Assembly: GCA_963675595.2 (NCBI GenBank)
Contig: CAXXLZ010000002.1
Coordinates: 288,001 to 352,000, forward strand
Direction of reading: 5' to 3'
Origin: Thermodesulfobacteriota bacterium
GTDB taxonomy: Bacteria; Desulfobacterota; Desulfarculia; JACQYL01
Length of the DNA stretch: 64,000 nucleotides
The notes beneath the pieces are model-generated. The model had not been told where the DNA came from and searched no databases. It saw only the letters and a list, made by a program, of their open reading frames with translations. Shown here in pieces: positions 49,961 to 60,738 of this stretch. The first letter of the stretch is position 1; the number at the start of each line of letters is the position of its first letter. The position numbers and the translations under genes were made by a program.

Positions 49961-50037
49961 GCAGAGCGGAGTCGATGCCTGCAGCTAAGCCGTAGGTACG
50001 CTTATTCACGGAGTGGGCCGCCGTCCCGCAAGGAGTC

Positions 50038-51129
50038 ATGATGATTGATCATCCCTCAGCCGTTAAAGACCGCGCCGCCGGGGCCCTCATGGGCGCTTTT
50101 ATCGGCGACGCCCTGGCACTCGGTCCACATTGGTATTACGATCTCACCGAACTTCGCAGGGACTATGGTGATTGGATCAACGGATACACCGATCCGAAGC
50201 CGGGTCGATACCATGAGGGTCTGAAAGCGGGTCAACTTTCACAGGCGGGGTTCATTCTCACCCTCATGCTGCGCTCCCTGGTTGAGAACGGGGGTTACCT
50301 GGAAGAAGACTTTTGTCGTCGAATGGACGAGGAGCTTTTTCCTCTCCTGGACGGCACGCCCGTAAGCGGTCCCGGTCACTATACCAGCCAATCCATTCGG
50401 GAAGCCTGGCGCAGACGGGTTCAGCAGCATCTGCCCTGGGGTCGAACCGGCGGGCATGCGGACACGACCGAAGCCATCGAGCGCACCCTGGCCGTTGCCG
50501 TGCGCTATGCATTCCAGCCCGCGAAACTGGCCGCCGCAGTTACCCGCAACACCATGCTTACACAGGCCGACGAGACCGTGGTATCCATGACCGTTGCCTT
50601 TGGGGCCGTGCTGGGACTTCTCGTTCAGGGAAACAAACTGAACCCCGGGCTATCCGGAAAACTCATAAGACTGGTGGAAAACGGCGAGTTGCCTTTTCAC
50701 ACAGTAACGCGCGAGGGTATGCAGCCGCCGCGTCCCGGCGATCCCGACCCGCCGCGCACAGGTCGCTTCGCTTCACCGGATGCCTTGCTCACCCCTTCCT
50801 ACATGGCCGCCGCCGCATGGGATCCCGATATTCGAATTGAACCGGCCTGGAGAGTGTCCATCGTTTACGGCATGCCCTGCGCCATCTATCATCAGCTTCC
50901 CGCCGCTTACTATCTCTCCGCCCGTTTCCACAACGATTTCGAGTCCGCGGTCCTGCATGCCGTCAATGGAGGCGGTCAAAACCAGGCACGAGCCATCCTT
51001 ACCGGCGCCCTCACGGGCGCCCAGGTCGGTTTGACCGGAATACCGAAGCGCTTCCTTGAAGGTCTCGAACAAGCCGACGACCTTCTGAGAGTGGCCGAGA
51101 CACTGGCCTCACAGGTGGCCGATGCCTGA
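50038..51129 (+). CDS. ADP-ribosylglycohydrolase family protein
   Basis: GALMGAFIGDALA, AVLHAVNGGGQNQARAILTGALTGA, GIPKRF. Confidence 0.85.
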   Translation: MMIDHPSAVKDRAAGALMGAFIGDALALGPHWYYDLTELRRDYGDWINGYTDPKPGRYHEGLKAGQLSQAGFILTLMLRSLVENGGYLEEDFCRRMDEELFPLLDGTPVSGPGHYTSQSIREAWRRRVQQHLPWGRTGGHADTTEAIERTLAVAVRYAFQPAKLAAAVTRNTMLTQADETVVSMTVAFGAVLGLLVQGNKLNPGLSGKLIRLVENGELPFHTVTREGMQPPRPGDPDPPRTGRFASPDALLTPSYMAAAAWDPDIRIEPAWRVSIVYGMPCAIYHQLPAAYYLSARFHNDFESAVLHAVNGGGQNQARAILTGALTGAQVGLTGIPKRFLEGLEQADDLLRVAETLASQVADA

Positions 51130-51152
51130 GGGATGCATAACGAAAGCTTGCG

Positions 51153-51255
51153 TGTTCACGGGGGGGGGACTTTTGGAAAAGCCCCCCCGCATCCCCCCTC
51201 CAAACCTTTCAAGCGGGCCTCACCCCCTTCGGCGGAGAGGCTGGGGCGGAAATTG
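51153..51255 (+). repeat. Repeat family B copy
   Basis: TTCACGGGGGGGGACTTTTGGAAAAGCCCCCCC...CCTTCGGCGGAGAGG. Confidence 0.75.
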
Positions 51256-51289
51256 TGATTAAAACCGGCAAAGCATAACCCCTTTTGGT

Positions 51290-51420
51290 GCAGGCTGCTG
51301 AAAAACGATGAGATGCAAGGCCCGCAAATCCTGAGGAATGAGGCGTACATAGAGTACGTCGCAGTGAAGAGGGATGAAGCTCAAAGCCGCAGATCGCGTT
51401 TTTTAAGAAGCCTGTTGAGA
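51290..51420 (-). repeat. MITE-like family A copy overlapping the ATPase stop codon
   Basis: Reverse complement of 14857-14985. Confidence 0.8.
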
Positions 51421-54400
51421 GACTGTTTCGTCCATGAGGAGCGGCCGGTTCCCTCTGCCTTCCCAGGCTATGGCTTTTGTTCTCCCATTGGAACGAAAGG
51501 CCGCTTTCACGCCTTCGTTGGCGGACAAACTCGCCACCGAAGCGCCCAGCACCACCAACAGATCCACAAGACCCAGGGGAGCCAAGCCCAGCATGGACCT
51601 CAGGCCCGGAACGAACATGGTCAACGCCTGGAGGGCCAGGGACCCGGATAGGGCCGTTTCCAGCCAACGGTTGCGCGGAAGCCTGCGGCCCCGGAACACC
51701 AAATGTTTCTTGGAGCGACAAGTCAGCGCGTGCAACAGTTGTGCGATGCTCAAAGTCTGAAACGCCAAGGTTCCCGCCCGGATCCCCGCGCCGTATCTCA
51801 GAAAGCCGAACCCGTAGCTCGCCAAAGCCGCCGAAGTGATGATCCCGGATTCGAGGGTCATTCTACCGTAGTCCGATCCGGAAATAAGAGGTGCGTTGGG
51901 ATCCCGAGGCGGGCGCTCCAATACGCCGGGCTCGGGAGCCTCCATGGACAGGGCCAATCCCGGAAAAATATCCGAAATCATGTTGATCCACAGGAGCTGC
52001 ATGGCGTTCAGCGGGGCTCCCATGCCGGCCGCCGTGGCAACGAACATGAGCATGATCTCGCTGAGATTGGTGGACAGGGCGAAGTGCACCGACTTTTTCA
52101 AGTTGTCGCGGATGGTTCGCCCGTCGCGCACGGCCACGATGACGGTTTCCAGTTCGTCCCTCCCGAGGATGACGTCCGCCACCTCTCGGGCCGTGTCCGT
52201 GCCTTCCTTTCCCATGGCGATCCCCACGTCGGCGGCTTTCAACGCGGGACCGTCGTTCACTCCGTCGCCCGTCATGGCCACGACTCGCCCACCGGCCTGC
52301 AGCGCTCGTACGATGCGCAATTTGTGGGCCGGGCTTACGCGGCAGAACACCACAACGTCACGCGCGATTTCCGGGATCCGATCGGAATCGATTTTGGCCA
52401 TTTCGGGAGCATCCATCACCTTGATCTCTCCGTTGGCCGCCAATCCCACCGCCTCCGCCACGGCGCGGGCCGTGTTCTTCTGATCCCCGGTGAGCATCAC
52501 CGTTTGAATCCCGGCCTGATGAAACCGGGCGATCAATTCCCGGACCCCCGGGCGCACGGGATCCGCCATGCCCACCATGCCCAGCCACGTCAAATCTCCG
52601 GTGGTCTCGAAATCCGCCCGGGTCTGACTCCTGGATTGTGCGAAGCCCAACACGCGAAGGGCCTCTCCGGTCATGCCATCGTTCTCTTTGAGAATTCCGA
52701 CCCGATCTTCCTCGGAAAGCGGCACTTCCTCTCCGTTGATGAGATGTTTCCCGCACATGGAGAGCACCTCCGCCGGATTCCCCTTGATCGCGAAGAGCCT
52801 CCGCCCGTTCTTCTTCGTGTGGAGCGTGGTCATGAAGTGCCTGTCCTCACTCCGTTCCGTGACCTCCGCAGTGGGATATTTGGCCCGCACTTCGAGGGGA
52901 TCGATGCCGGCGGCACCGGCCAGTTTAATGAGGGCGTTTTCCGTGGAGGAGCCCACCAATTCGTGATCCCCGTTTTGCACATCGGTGTGAATCCTGGTTT
53001 CCGAGCACAGGACTCCCACTCGAATGATCCGGCGCAGTTCCCGGTAGTCCAGCGGGTTCACCGGCTCATCTTCCAGGCGAAACTCATCCTCCCCCACGTG
53101 GAAGCGACGCATACCCGTGTGGAGAGCGGTCACGGTCATCTGATTGCGGGTGATCGTGCCCGTTTTGTCGAGACATACCGTCTGGATGGCGCCCATGGTT
53201 TCCACGGCGGGAAGGCGTCGAATGAGCACCCGGTGTTCTTTCATTCTGTTGATTCCCAGGGCCAGGGAGGTCGTGGCCGCCGTGGGAAGTCCTTCCGGCA
53301 CGGCCGCCGCCGCAAGCGTCACGGACATGCGGGTGAGGTACAGCAGCCCCAGTCCCCGCGCCCAACCCATGAGAAAGATGACGCCGCAAACCCCCACTCC
53401 GATGAGGATCAACTCGTTCCCCACCTTTTCCAACTGCCGTTCGATGGGCGCCTTGGGAGTGGCGGCTTCCCCGAGCATGGCCTGGATGCGGCCGATTTCC
53501 GTGTTGCTTCCGGTGCCCACCACCACGGCGCGGCCCCGGCCTCCGGTGACCATGGTCCCCATATACGCCATGTTCGTCCGTTCCGATAGAGGCAGGTCCC
53601 ATCCCCCCAAAACTTGATCACTCTTGAGCACGGGAAGGCTCTCTCCCGTGAGGGCGGACTCATCCACGGACAGATAGTCGGCATCCAGAAGACGGCAGTC
53701 GGCGGGCACGAAGTCGCCGGGTTTGAGGATCAACACGTCCCCCACCACCAAGTCTTCGGCGGACGTTTCGCTCTCGTCGCCGTTTCGAACCGCTTCCACC
53801 ACGGGGGTGCGGAGCTTCCGCAGAGAATGGATCGTGCGTTCGGCTTGATTCTCCGTGTAAAAACCGATGAGGGCGTTGAGCCCCATGACCCCCATAATGA
53901 CCGCCGCGTCCAACACTCCGGCGGTGATTAGAGAAAGTCCGGCGGCGGCGCCCAATAATGCCACGGGAAGGGTGGTGAACTGGGCCGTGAGCATGCCCAG
54001 CTTGGACCGGGGAGCGGGCTGTGGAAGGGAATTGGGACCGAAAGCGGCGAAGCGCCGTTTGGCCTCTTCGAGGGACAGTCCGTTTTGGAAGTCCGTCTCC
54101 AACACGGAACAAATTTCGGCGGCCGGCAGTTGATGCCACAAGTCTTCATCACCGGAGAGAACCGCTCCGTTGGAAACCGGCCGCTCCACGGGAACCGGGA
54201 GCAAAGAGGAATCCGATCCTTCCGAATGGGATGAACGTTCATCACCGCCCGGGTCGGCACTCGCGGACGGGCGGCCCGGTCGTGTGTCGACGTCGCCCAA
54301 CAACTCCCCGATGATCCCGGCGACGGATCGGCTGCTGTGACCGGAATTGAAGTGCACCAGGAGATTGCCGGTGGCCGTGCTTATGGAGAACTTCAGTATC

Positions 54401-54546
54401 TCCCTCCGGCGTGTGAGGCCGGCGGCAAGACGTTCCCTGAGCTCCTCCGACCGATACAGCCCATCAACGTGAAACCGGGCTCTACCATTCACCCGGATGT
54501 GCACGGGCCGCACTCGACACGGCCACTCCTCTCCTCCAGCCACCAT
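51403..54546 (-). CDS. P2A (Ca2+-type) P-type ATPase with N-terminal HMA2-like domain
   Basis: TGES, AAVPEGL, DKTGT, KGNP, GDGVND, STNLSE, WINMISD; N-terminal HIRVNGRARF...ATGNLLV. Confidence 0.9.
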   Translation of the reverse strand: MVAGGEEWPCRVRPVHIRVNGRARFHVDGLYRSEELRERLAAGLTRRREILKFSISTATGNLLVHFNSGHSSRSVAGIIGELLGDVDTRPGRPSASADPGGDERSSHSEGSDSSLLPVPVERPVSNGAVLSGDEDLWHQLPAAEICSVLETDFQNGLSLEEAKRRFAAFGPNSLPQPAPRSKLGMLTAQFTTLPVALLGAAAGLSLITAGVLDAAVIMGVMGLNALIGFYTENQAERTIHSLRKLRTPVVEAVRNGDESETSAEDLVVGDVLILKPGDFVPADCRLLDADYLSVDESALTGESLPVLKSDQVLGGWDLPLSERTNMAYMGTMVTGGRGRAVVVGTGSNTEIGRIQAMLGEAATPKAPIERQLEKVGNELILIGVGVCGVIFLMGWARGLGLLYLTRMSVTLAAAAVPEGLPTAATTSLALGINRMKEHRVLIRRLPAVETMGAIQTVCLDKTGTITRNQMTVTALHTGMRRFHVGEDEFRLEDEPVNPLDYRELRRIIRVGVLCSETRIHTDVQNGDHELVGSSTENALIKLAGAAGIDPLEVRAKYPTAEVTERSEDRHFMTTLHTKKNGRRLFAIKGNPAEVLSMCGKHLINGEEVPLSEEDRVGILKENDGMTGEALRVLGFAQSRSQTRADFETTGDLTWLGMVGMADPVRPGVRELIARFHQAGIQTVMLTGDQKNTARAVAEAVGLAANGEIKVMDAPEMAKIDSDRIPEIARDVVVFCRVSPAHKLRIVRALQAGGRVVAMTGDGVNDGPALKAADVGIAMGKEGTDTAREVADVILGRDELETVIVAVRDGRTIRDNLKKSVHFALSTNLSEIMLMFVATAAGMGAPLNAMQLLWINMISDIFPGLALSMEAPEPGVLERPPRDPNAPLISGSDYGRMTLESGIITSAALASYGFGFLRYGAGIRAGTLAFQTLSIAQLLHALTCRSKKHLVFRGRRLPRNRWLETALSGSLALQALTMFVPGLRSMLGLAPLGLVDLLVVLGASVASLSANEGVKAAFRSNGRTKAIAWEGRGNRPLLMDETVSQQAS

Positions 54547-54588
54547 GGCACCCCCGACGTGATCCGCTTTCCGCGATTTCGCGCCCCT

Positions 54589-54746
54589 TTACCGGCCCGT
54601 TGAAAAAGGCGGATCATTGCAGATTGGTGAAGAACGATGAAATGCAGGGCGCGCAAATCCCGAGGAACGGGGCGTACGAAAAGGCACGTCGCAGTGACGC
54701 GGAATGAAACGCAACGCCGCAGATCGCGTTTTTGGAAAGTCTGTTA
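54589..54746 (-). repeat. MITE-like family A copy
   Basis: GGCCCGTTGAAAAA ... GCGCGCAAATCCCGAGG ... GATCGCGTTTTT. Confidence 0.75.
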
Positions 54747-54893
54747 CGGCATGAAACCTGAGCGCAGCCCCTCGAACAACAAACCGGTCCCGGACGCCCG
54801 ATTTGCAGTAATCGCGGGTATCCACCGGACCGGTCCGTGTCTCAACATACTTTGCGCATAAGCCAAGAACCGGAAAAACGAACCTCGCATGAG

Positions 54894-55397
54894 TTACGGG
54901 TCGATTTCCTGCTTCTTCGCGTCCGCCTTGTCCACCATCAATTTGGTGAAGACTCCCAAGGCGTACCAGAACGCGGTATACCACGGAGGCAAAGCAAGGT
55001 TGCCCCTCAATACCTGAAACGTGCCCACGCCCAAGAGAGCCACGAAAACGGCGGTAGTCAGATCGAGTTCTTCTCCGGTAAAATCCTTGAGCTTTCGACT
55101 TGTCTGTTCCAGCGGCTCGAGCACCCTTCTGGCGATGGGCTCCTCCGCTCCCTTCCCTTCCAGCAGGCGAAACAAACCGCGTGTCTCGGCCACTTCGGCG
55201 ATTAGTTGTCTCTGAATACCGGGATCCACGAAAAGGATGCTGGCCGCGGGAGCACTTACCTCGACCCGCTCGAAACCGGAAAATCGGATGAACTCATCCT
55301 GCAAAACGGCGAAATACCCTCCATCTCCCCGTTTTGCAGGAATCTTGATTCTCAGTCTCGAAGACGTGGCGTGAGCCACGTAGGCTTCAGGCGTCAT
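54894..55397 (-). CDS. HMA2-domain membrane protein (FezC-like)
   Basis: VAHATSSRLRIK N-domain, C-terminal TM VALLGVG...LPPWYTAFWYA. Confidence 0.72.
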   Translation of the reverse strand: MTPEAYVAHATSSRLRIKIPAKRGDGGYFAVLQDEFIRFSGFERVEVSAPAASILFVDPGIQRQLIAEVAETRGLFRLLEGKGAEEPIARRVLEPLEQTSRKLKDFTGEELDLTTAVFVALLGVGTFQVLRGNLALPPWYTAFWYALGVFTKLMVDKADAKKQEIDP

Positions 55398-55674
55398 CTG
55401 CTCCGGTTCCTTCCATCGGGCCTGCCGTCACCACGGGGCTGTGCTTCCTGGAGAGCTCTTCTCTGGCTTCGGCTGCCAAGTCTTCCACGGTCTCCCGAGC
55501 TTCGGCGCACATGACCTTGCTCTTTTCCACCATGACCATGCCGCCCTTCAGAATGCCTTTGGCCAGAGGCCGAATGGCTCCGGTGATCGCCGGGATGACG
55601 ATGGGGGCCAGCAAACCGGCGCCGATGCCGATGGCGATCCCCGTTCCGAGATTCATACCTTTAAATAATTTCAT
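55387..55674 (-). CDS. DUF5132/FezA-like small membrane protein
   Basis: GxxxG-rich hydrophobic N-terminus, RPLAKGILKGG, EARETVEDLAAEAREE; AAGGAGG RBS. Confidence 0.75.
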   Translation of the reverse strand: MKLFKGMNLGTGIAIGIGAGLLAPIVIPAITGAIRPLAKGILKGGMVMVEKSKVMCAEARETVEDLAAEAREELSRKHSPVVTAGPMEGTGADDA

Positions 55675-56213
55675 ACTAAACCTCCTTACCCGGGCCACAA
55701 AAAGAAAGAATCAGACTCATGGGAGAAGCTCGATTCACGGACTCCCCCTTGGACTGAAGTCGCCTTTCCCCTTTTTTTCCGTCCCTGGTACGCCCAAAAG
55801 ATGCGTTTAACTGATGATCCGGTTACACATTCGCCCGACACACTTCCGTAACAATCGAGCGGTACTTTCATTATAAGATAGACCACCCTATCGGCTGCTG
55901 TCAACAGGTAAGCCTTCGTGATAGAAACCTATTAATGTTACGGAAATGTGGCAAACACATACGGTAATTCGGCCGTGGATGCAAAGTATTAGTGTTACGT
56001 ACGCGTGACAGTATGCGCATACTCACATGATCCATTGCTTATGAATTGATTTTGTGCCCTGCCTACCCGATTAATCCGGATTAACCTTATGCTTGCCGCC
56101 TGTTTCAATGCCGATTATCGTCGACAAAACCTTGCCGGCGAGCGACAAAACACGATACACTGTTCCGGACGGTGATGACAGCCCACTGATGAAACCACCC
56201 TCGGGAGACCGAA

Positions 56214-58490
56214 ATGAATAGAAAAACACAACCCATCCTATCGGTGCGCCATAATATCCCGGGAAGGCTGCGTGTGAAGTCCCGCCTGTTCCGGCAAGGC
56301 GATCCCATAGGCGACATCGTCCGGAAACGCATTCTCGAAACGCCTTCCGTCAGGAACGCCGAGTTGCGTGCCGACTCCGGGAGTTTCATCCTGATCTACG
56401 ACGCCGAGGCCTTGGATTCCAGGAGTATCCTCCGGCGCTTGAACATGCTTCTTTCCGACGCATTGTCCGAATGCGGAGTAAAACAGGCTCCCACGCATCC
56501 GTCCCGGCCGCCGGTCCATGGGGAACCCGTCCGAACTCCGGCCGCTTTTCGGTTGGCCGGCCTTGCGTTGCTCACCGGATTCATGCTTTACGGCCTCGTC
56601 CGGAGAATGATCTTCCGCTCCCCGGTTTCCGAAAAGCCGTTCAGCCTCACGGGCATACTGGCCGTTCTGGGAACCCTTCCACTCATCCGCAACTCCTGGA
56701 TCGACCGGCGAAACGGCAGGCGCACCGGGCTCTTCCCCCTCCTCACGGCGTCCTGTCTCCTGGCCGTCGCCACGGGTCGGGCGTTCACCGCCGTGGAAAT
56801 CCTATGGATCCTGTCTTTGGGCCTGTACATCGAGGAAACGGTTACGGAAAAGGCCCGAAGGGCCGTGCGGGACATCCTCGAAGTCCAACCTTGTAGCGCC
56901 GTGGTTCTGGTTGAGGGCAATGAAGAAGAAGCGGCGGTGGCAACCCTCCGCCTTGACGACATTGTAGTGATACGCCCCGGAAACAAGATTCCAGTGGACG
57001 GCTCCGTGACCGAGGGCGAGGCTCTGGTGGACGAAGCACACGTAACGGGACGCTCCAAACCGGAACTCCGAAGCACCGGGGCCCACGTGTTTGCAGGGAC
57101 TTCCGTCGTCCAGGGAGTCATTCGTGTCCGGGCGGAGAAGTTGGCCGAAGACACCTACCTGTGCAAAGTGCTGCGCATGGCCGAGGAGAATCTGGAAAAC
57201 CGCACCTCCGTGGAAAAACAGGCGGACGTATTGGCTGCGAAACTGACCCGTATCGGTCTGACGGCCACGGTGGCGACCCTGGTTTTCACCGGCAGCATCG
57301 AGCGCGCGTTCGCGGTTCTTCTGGTCATGTCCTGCCCGTGCGCCACCGTCTTGGCCGTGTCCACCGCCGTTGCCGCGGCCGTGGCCAACGCGGCGTCGAG
57401 GCACATCCTGATCAAAGGGGGCGTTCACCTGGAAGCCGTCCATTATGTGGACACCGTCTGTTTCGACAAGACGGGGACCTTGACGGACGAATCTCCCCGC
57501 ATGGTTGAGCTGGTCCCCAGAACCCCCTGGCAGACAACGGATCAGATTCTCGCCATGGCCGCCGTGCCCGAGTCCCGGAGTCATCATCCTTTCGGACGCG
57601 CCATATTGAAGGCGGCTGAAGAACACGGGATCATCACGCGAAAACCGGAAACCTGGGAGGACCATTTGGGCCGGGGAGTCGCGGCTCTCGTCGAGGAAGA
57701 GCGTATTGCGGTGGGCAACGAAGCCCTCATGGAAGAAGAAAATGTGAACATTGCCTACTTCAGCAAGCGGGCGGCGGAGTTTGCGCAAGACGGGCATACG
57801 GTGCTGTTCGTCGCCAGGAACGGAAAAGCCCAAGGCATGTTGGCCTTGTCCAACGTGCCTCGCCCCGGTTGCGTAAGAACGATCCAATGGCTTCGAAAGG
57901 ACGGGATTTCCCGGCTGTACGTGCTCAGCGGCGACAAGGAACCCATTGTCCGGCAGTTCGCTCAAGGCTTGGGCCTGGACGGCTACTCCGCCCCCATGAT
58001 GCCTGAAAAGAAGGCCGAGTATGTGGAAGAGCTCGAGTCTCAAGGAAGAAAAGTGCTCATGGTGGGAGACGGAGTGAACGACGCCCTCGCCCTGTCCAAA
58101 GCTTCGCTGGGAGTGGCCATGGGGGCTGGAGGCTCCGAAGTGGCCGTGGAGGCCGCGGACATCGCCCTGGCGAAAAACGATCTCGAAGGTCTGATCATCC
58201 TCCGCAAACTGAGCCGGCGCACACTTCGGGTGGCCGACCAGAACTTCATGCTGGCCAACGCCACCAATATGGCGGGAATCCTGTTGGGAGCCACGGGCCT
58301 GATCGGTCCCTTCTTCGCGGGCATGCTCCACGTGAGTCACACCCTCGCCATCATGCTCAATTCGAGGCGTATTCTGAACTGGGACCCCGACGGCCGGGAT
58401 ACCGAGGCTTCCGGAACCGTGTCGAATCGAAAAGAAGGCTTGATTTCAGAGGTCATCGGGGCGGTTTCTCAAGTATCCATCGTGGAGTAG
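56214..58490 (+). CDS. Heavy-metal P1B-type ATPase with HxxPGRLR N-domain
   Basis: HNIPGRLRV, MSCPCA, DKTGT, SHHP, GDGVND, LHVSHT; TGRS in place of TGES. Confidence 0.88.
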   Translation: MNRKTQPILSVRHNIPGRLRVKSRLFRQGDPIGDIVRKRILETPSVRNAELRADSGSFILIYDAEALDSRSILRRLNMLLSDALSECGVKQAPTHPSRPPVHGEPVRTPAAFRLAGLALLTGFMLYGLVRRMIFRSPVSEKPFSLTGILAVLGTLPLIRNSWIDRRNGRRTGLFPLLTASCLLAVATGRAFTAVEILWILSLGLYIEETVTEKARRAVRDILEVQPCSAVVLVEGNEEEAAVATLRLDDIVVIRPGNKIPVDGSVTEGEALVDEAHVTGRSKPELRSTGAHVFAGTSVVQGVIRVRAEKLAEDTYLCKVLRMAEENLENRTSVEKQADVLAAKLTRIGLTATVATLVFTGSIERAFAVLLVMSCPCATVLAVSTAVAAAVANAASRHILIKGGVHLEAVHYVDTVCFDKTGTLTDESPRMVELVPRTPWQTTDQILAMAAVPESRSHHPFGRAILKAAEEHGIITRKPETWEDHLGRGVAALVEEERIAVGNEALMEEENVNIAYFSKRAAEFAQDGHTVLFVARNGKAQGMLALSNVPRPGCVRTIQWLRKDGISRLYVLSGDKEPIVRQFAQGLGLDGYSAPMMPEKKAEYVEELESQGRKVLMVGDGVNDALALSKASLGVAMGAGGSEVAVEAADIALAKNDLEGLIILRKLSRRTLRVADQNFMLANATNMAGILLGATGLIGPFFAGMLHVSHTLAIMLNSRRILNWDPDGRDTEASGTVSNRKEGLISEVIGAVSQVSIVE

Positions 58491-58742
58491 CGCCGACACG
58501 AGAGATCAGGCTCTTGGACTGGAAGCGTTTCTACAACCATTCCTATCCTCACCAGCGGGACTTATCCGTCACTCCGTCGGGCGGCCGAAGATCGCCGCCC
58601 GACGGCCCCCATCGGCCGAAACCATGCCCGCGCAGAGCCTTGAGCTCTTATCCCCCCCTCCACGAACCCCAATGAACTCATAAGCCGACCGGCAACGATC
58701 GGCATGGGTCGGTTTCCCCCCGTCTTGGAAATTCACTCCATT

Positions 58743-58771
58743 CCTAACAATTCCTTCACAATCACGTAACA
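58743..58771 (+). promoter_or_regulatory. PHO-box-like direct repeats
   Basis: CTAACA(58744)/TTCACA(58755)/GTAACA(58766) at 11-bp period upstream of pst genes. Confidence 0.65.
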
Positions 58772-58866
58772 TACATAACTGATAGTGTGAGGGAGTCGGG
58801 TCTTGAGGACCTTTTTCCCCGACTCTCCCGGTAACGGGAGACTTTGTTTCTTGGGAGCCGGTGTAC

Positions 58867-59030
58867 ATGAGGTTTGGAAAAGCAAGAACGAAGATCGCCT
58901 GTTCCATCCTGCGTTGCCTAACCGCCGGCCTCTTCAGCGCCGCGGCCTTCGCGATGGAAACTCCGGGAATCAAGCGGCAGGACTCTCCCTGATTCAGTCG
59001 GGCCGGTATCCGACGGCTCATCCTTTCGTC
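58867..59030 (+). pseudogene. Probable pstS remnant
   Basis: Signal-peptide ORF MRFGKAR...AAAFA ends after ~41 codons; adjacent frame reads IQSGRYPTAHPF, like the PstS C-terminal GxYPIxRPL motif. Confidence 0.45.
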
Positions 59031-59102
59031 GGGCGGGACCGTGGAAGCCTGTCGGTTTCGTCCGATTTCCGTTTTCAATCACGCATGAGGGAACCCGCCT
59101 CC

Positions 59103-60647
59103 ATGGAAGACAAACCCGGCACGCAACCTGTTTCGGAGGGAAATTCCTCCCCGTCGCCCCCTGTCAAGCGGATGAAGAAGGCGAGTCGCGCCGTGCTCTT
59201 TTCGGACGCCGTGGCCGACCGCACCATTCGCATCGGCGGAATGGCGTTGATCCTGGCCGTCCTGGGAATCCTGGTGTTTCTGATCCATCAGACCCCACCC
59301 TTGTTTCGGGGCGGCAAAATAATCGCGGAAAAGGAATATCGACTGGAACTGCCCGCCTGCCCTGTTTTGCTGAAAAGTATGGATGAGTACCTTACGTTGG
59401 GTTTTCTGCTCTTCGAAGACGGAAGCGTGCGACTGTTTCACCTCAAGACCGGAACTCTCCTCGATAGTCCGAATACCGGATTGGGTTCGTCCGCCGTCAC
59501 CGCTTTTTCACACACTCCGGACAAGGAAGATCTGATTTTCGGCTTTGCCGACGGAACCGTGCAATTCGGCAAGGCGGTATTTAAGACCGACATCCTCACG
59601 CCCGAAGGCGTGCCGTCCGGGTTGAAGAAACTGGACGACCGGGACGGCACGGACGGCTCCTCCGTCTATTCGCGCATCTCCGGCAACCGGATTCGCAGAA
59701 CGTACCTGAGTTTCGAAATGGAGGACTCAACCCAAGTGTCGGAATCGAGCAGGCCCATTCTTGCCTTGGACTACCGGGTGAGCGGACAGGCCGAGCGTCG
59801 AACTCGAGTCTTTGCGACGGTGGACGACGAGGGTACGGCCATCCTCAACTTGGCGGAATCCCATATCAACCTTCCGAGCGGAGCAAACAGGACCACGGTA
59901 ACAAGAACCGAACTTCCCCTGATCCCCAATCCGGGCTTCCTCGCCCGCATCATCCTGACGGAAAACGCCGACGCGGTCTTCGCCGCCGACGTGCGGGGCA
60001 GGGTCTATCGATACAACACCGGCGACGTCGATCATCCTTTCCTTGCGGAAACCTTACAGGTTTTGCCGGACGGAGTGGAACTTTCCGCTTTCGGGCTCTT
60101 GTTGGGAGGGCAATCCATCGTGGTGGGAGGTTCCGACGGCAGTGTGAACCTCTTTTTGCTGCTGGACGGGCAAAAGGCGAGAACGTTGGACGGGATGACC
60201 TTTGTCAAGGCCCGTGAATTTCCTTCCATGCAGGGGGCGGTCCGGTGGTTTGACCCCGGTCTTCGAGGCAAGAGCTTCGCCGTTGCCGACACCACGGGTG
60301 CGATCCGGGTCCTCCACGGCGCCGGCCGCAGGAACTTGGTATCCTTCACCGGCAATCGGGACGGGACTCCCTTGAAAGGGCCGGCGCTCGCGCCCCGAGT
60401 GGACGCACTTCTAGCGTTGGATTCCGATGGAACGACCCGTTTCCGGGAATTTTCCGTTCCACCCCCTGAGCCCACTTTCGAATCCTTGTTGGGCAGAGTC
60501 CGGTACGAAGGACATTCGTAACCCACATGCACTAGGCGGTCATCGGCGGCCACGGAGGATTACGAGTCCAAGTCTTCTCTGATTCCACTGATTTTCGGAA
60601 CCGTCAAGGCAACAGTGTATGCTTTGTTGTTCGCCATTCCCATCGCG
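59103..60647 (+). pseudogene. pstC: Long-form pstC permease pseudogene
   Basis: N-terminal TM + WD40-like periplasmic domain; in-frame TAA at 60519-60521 followed by EDYESKSSLIPLIFGTVKATVYALLFAIPIA, then truncation. Confidence 0.7.
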
Positions 60648-60738
60648 AGCCCGGGACGCGGAGCGCCCCCGGGCAAAGCGCGATCTACATCGATAGAAGC
60701 GAAAGTTCCATGTAGGCCGTTTCCAAGGAGACAGTTCC

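Noticed and set aside
50038-51129. DraG nitrogenase regulator
   Set aside because: No draT/nif context and the canonical TDD metal motif is not evident
51703-53589. 628-aa plus-strand ORF (and similar long antisense ORFs at 2445-3962, 38373-39674, 56802-58340)
   Set aside because: Opposite-strand shadows of well-supported genes
55700-56210. Fur box in the AT-rich divergent promoter of the fez-like genes
   Set aside because: Only weak partial palindromes; no match I can defend
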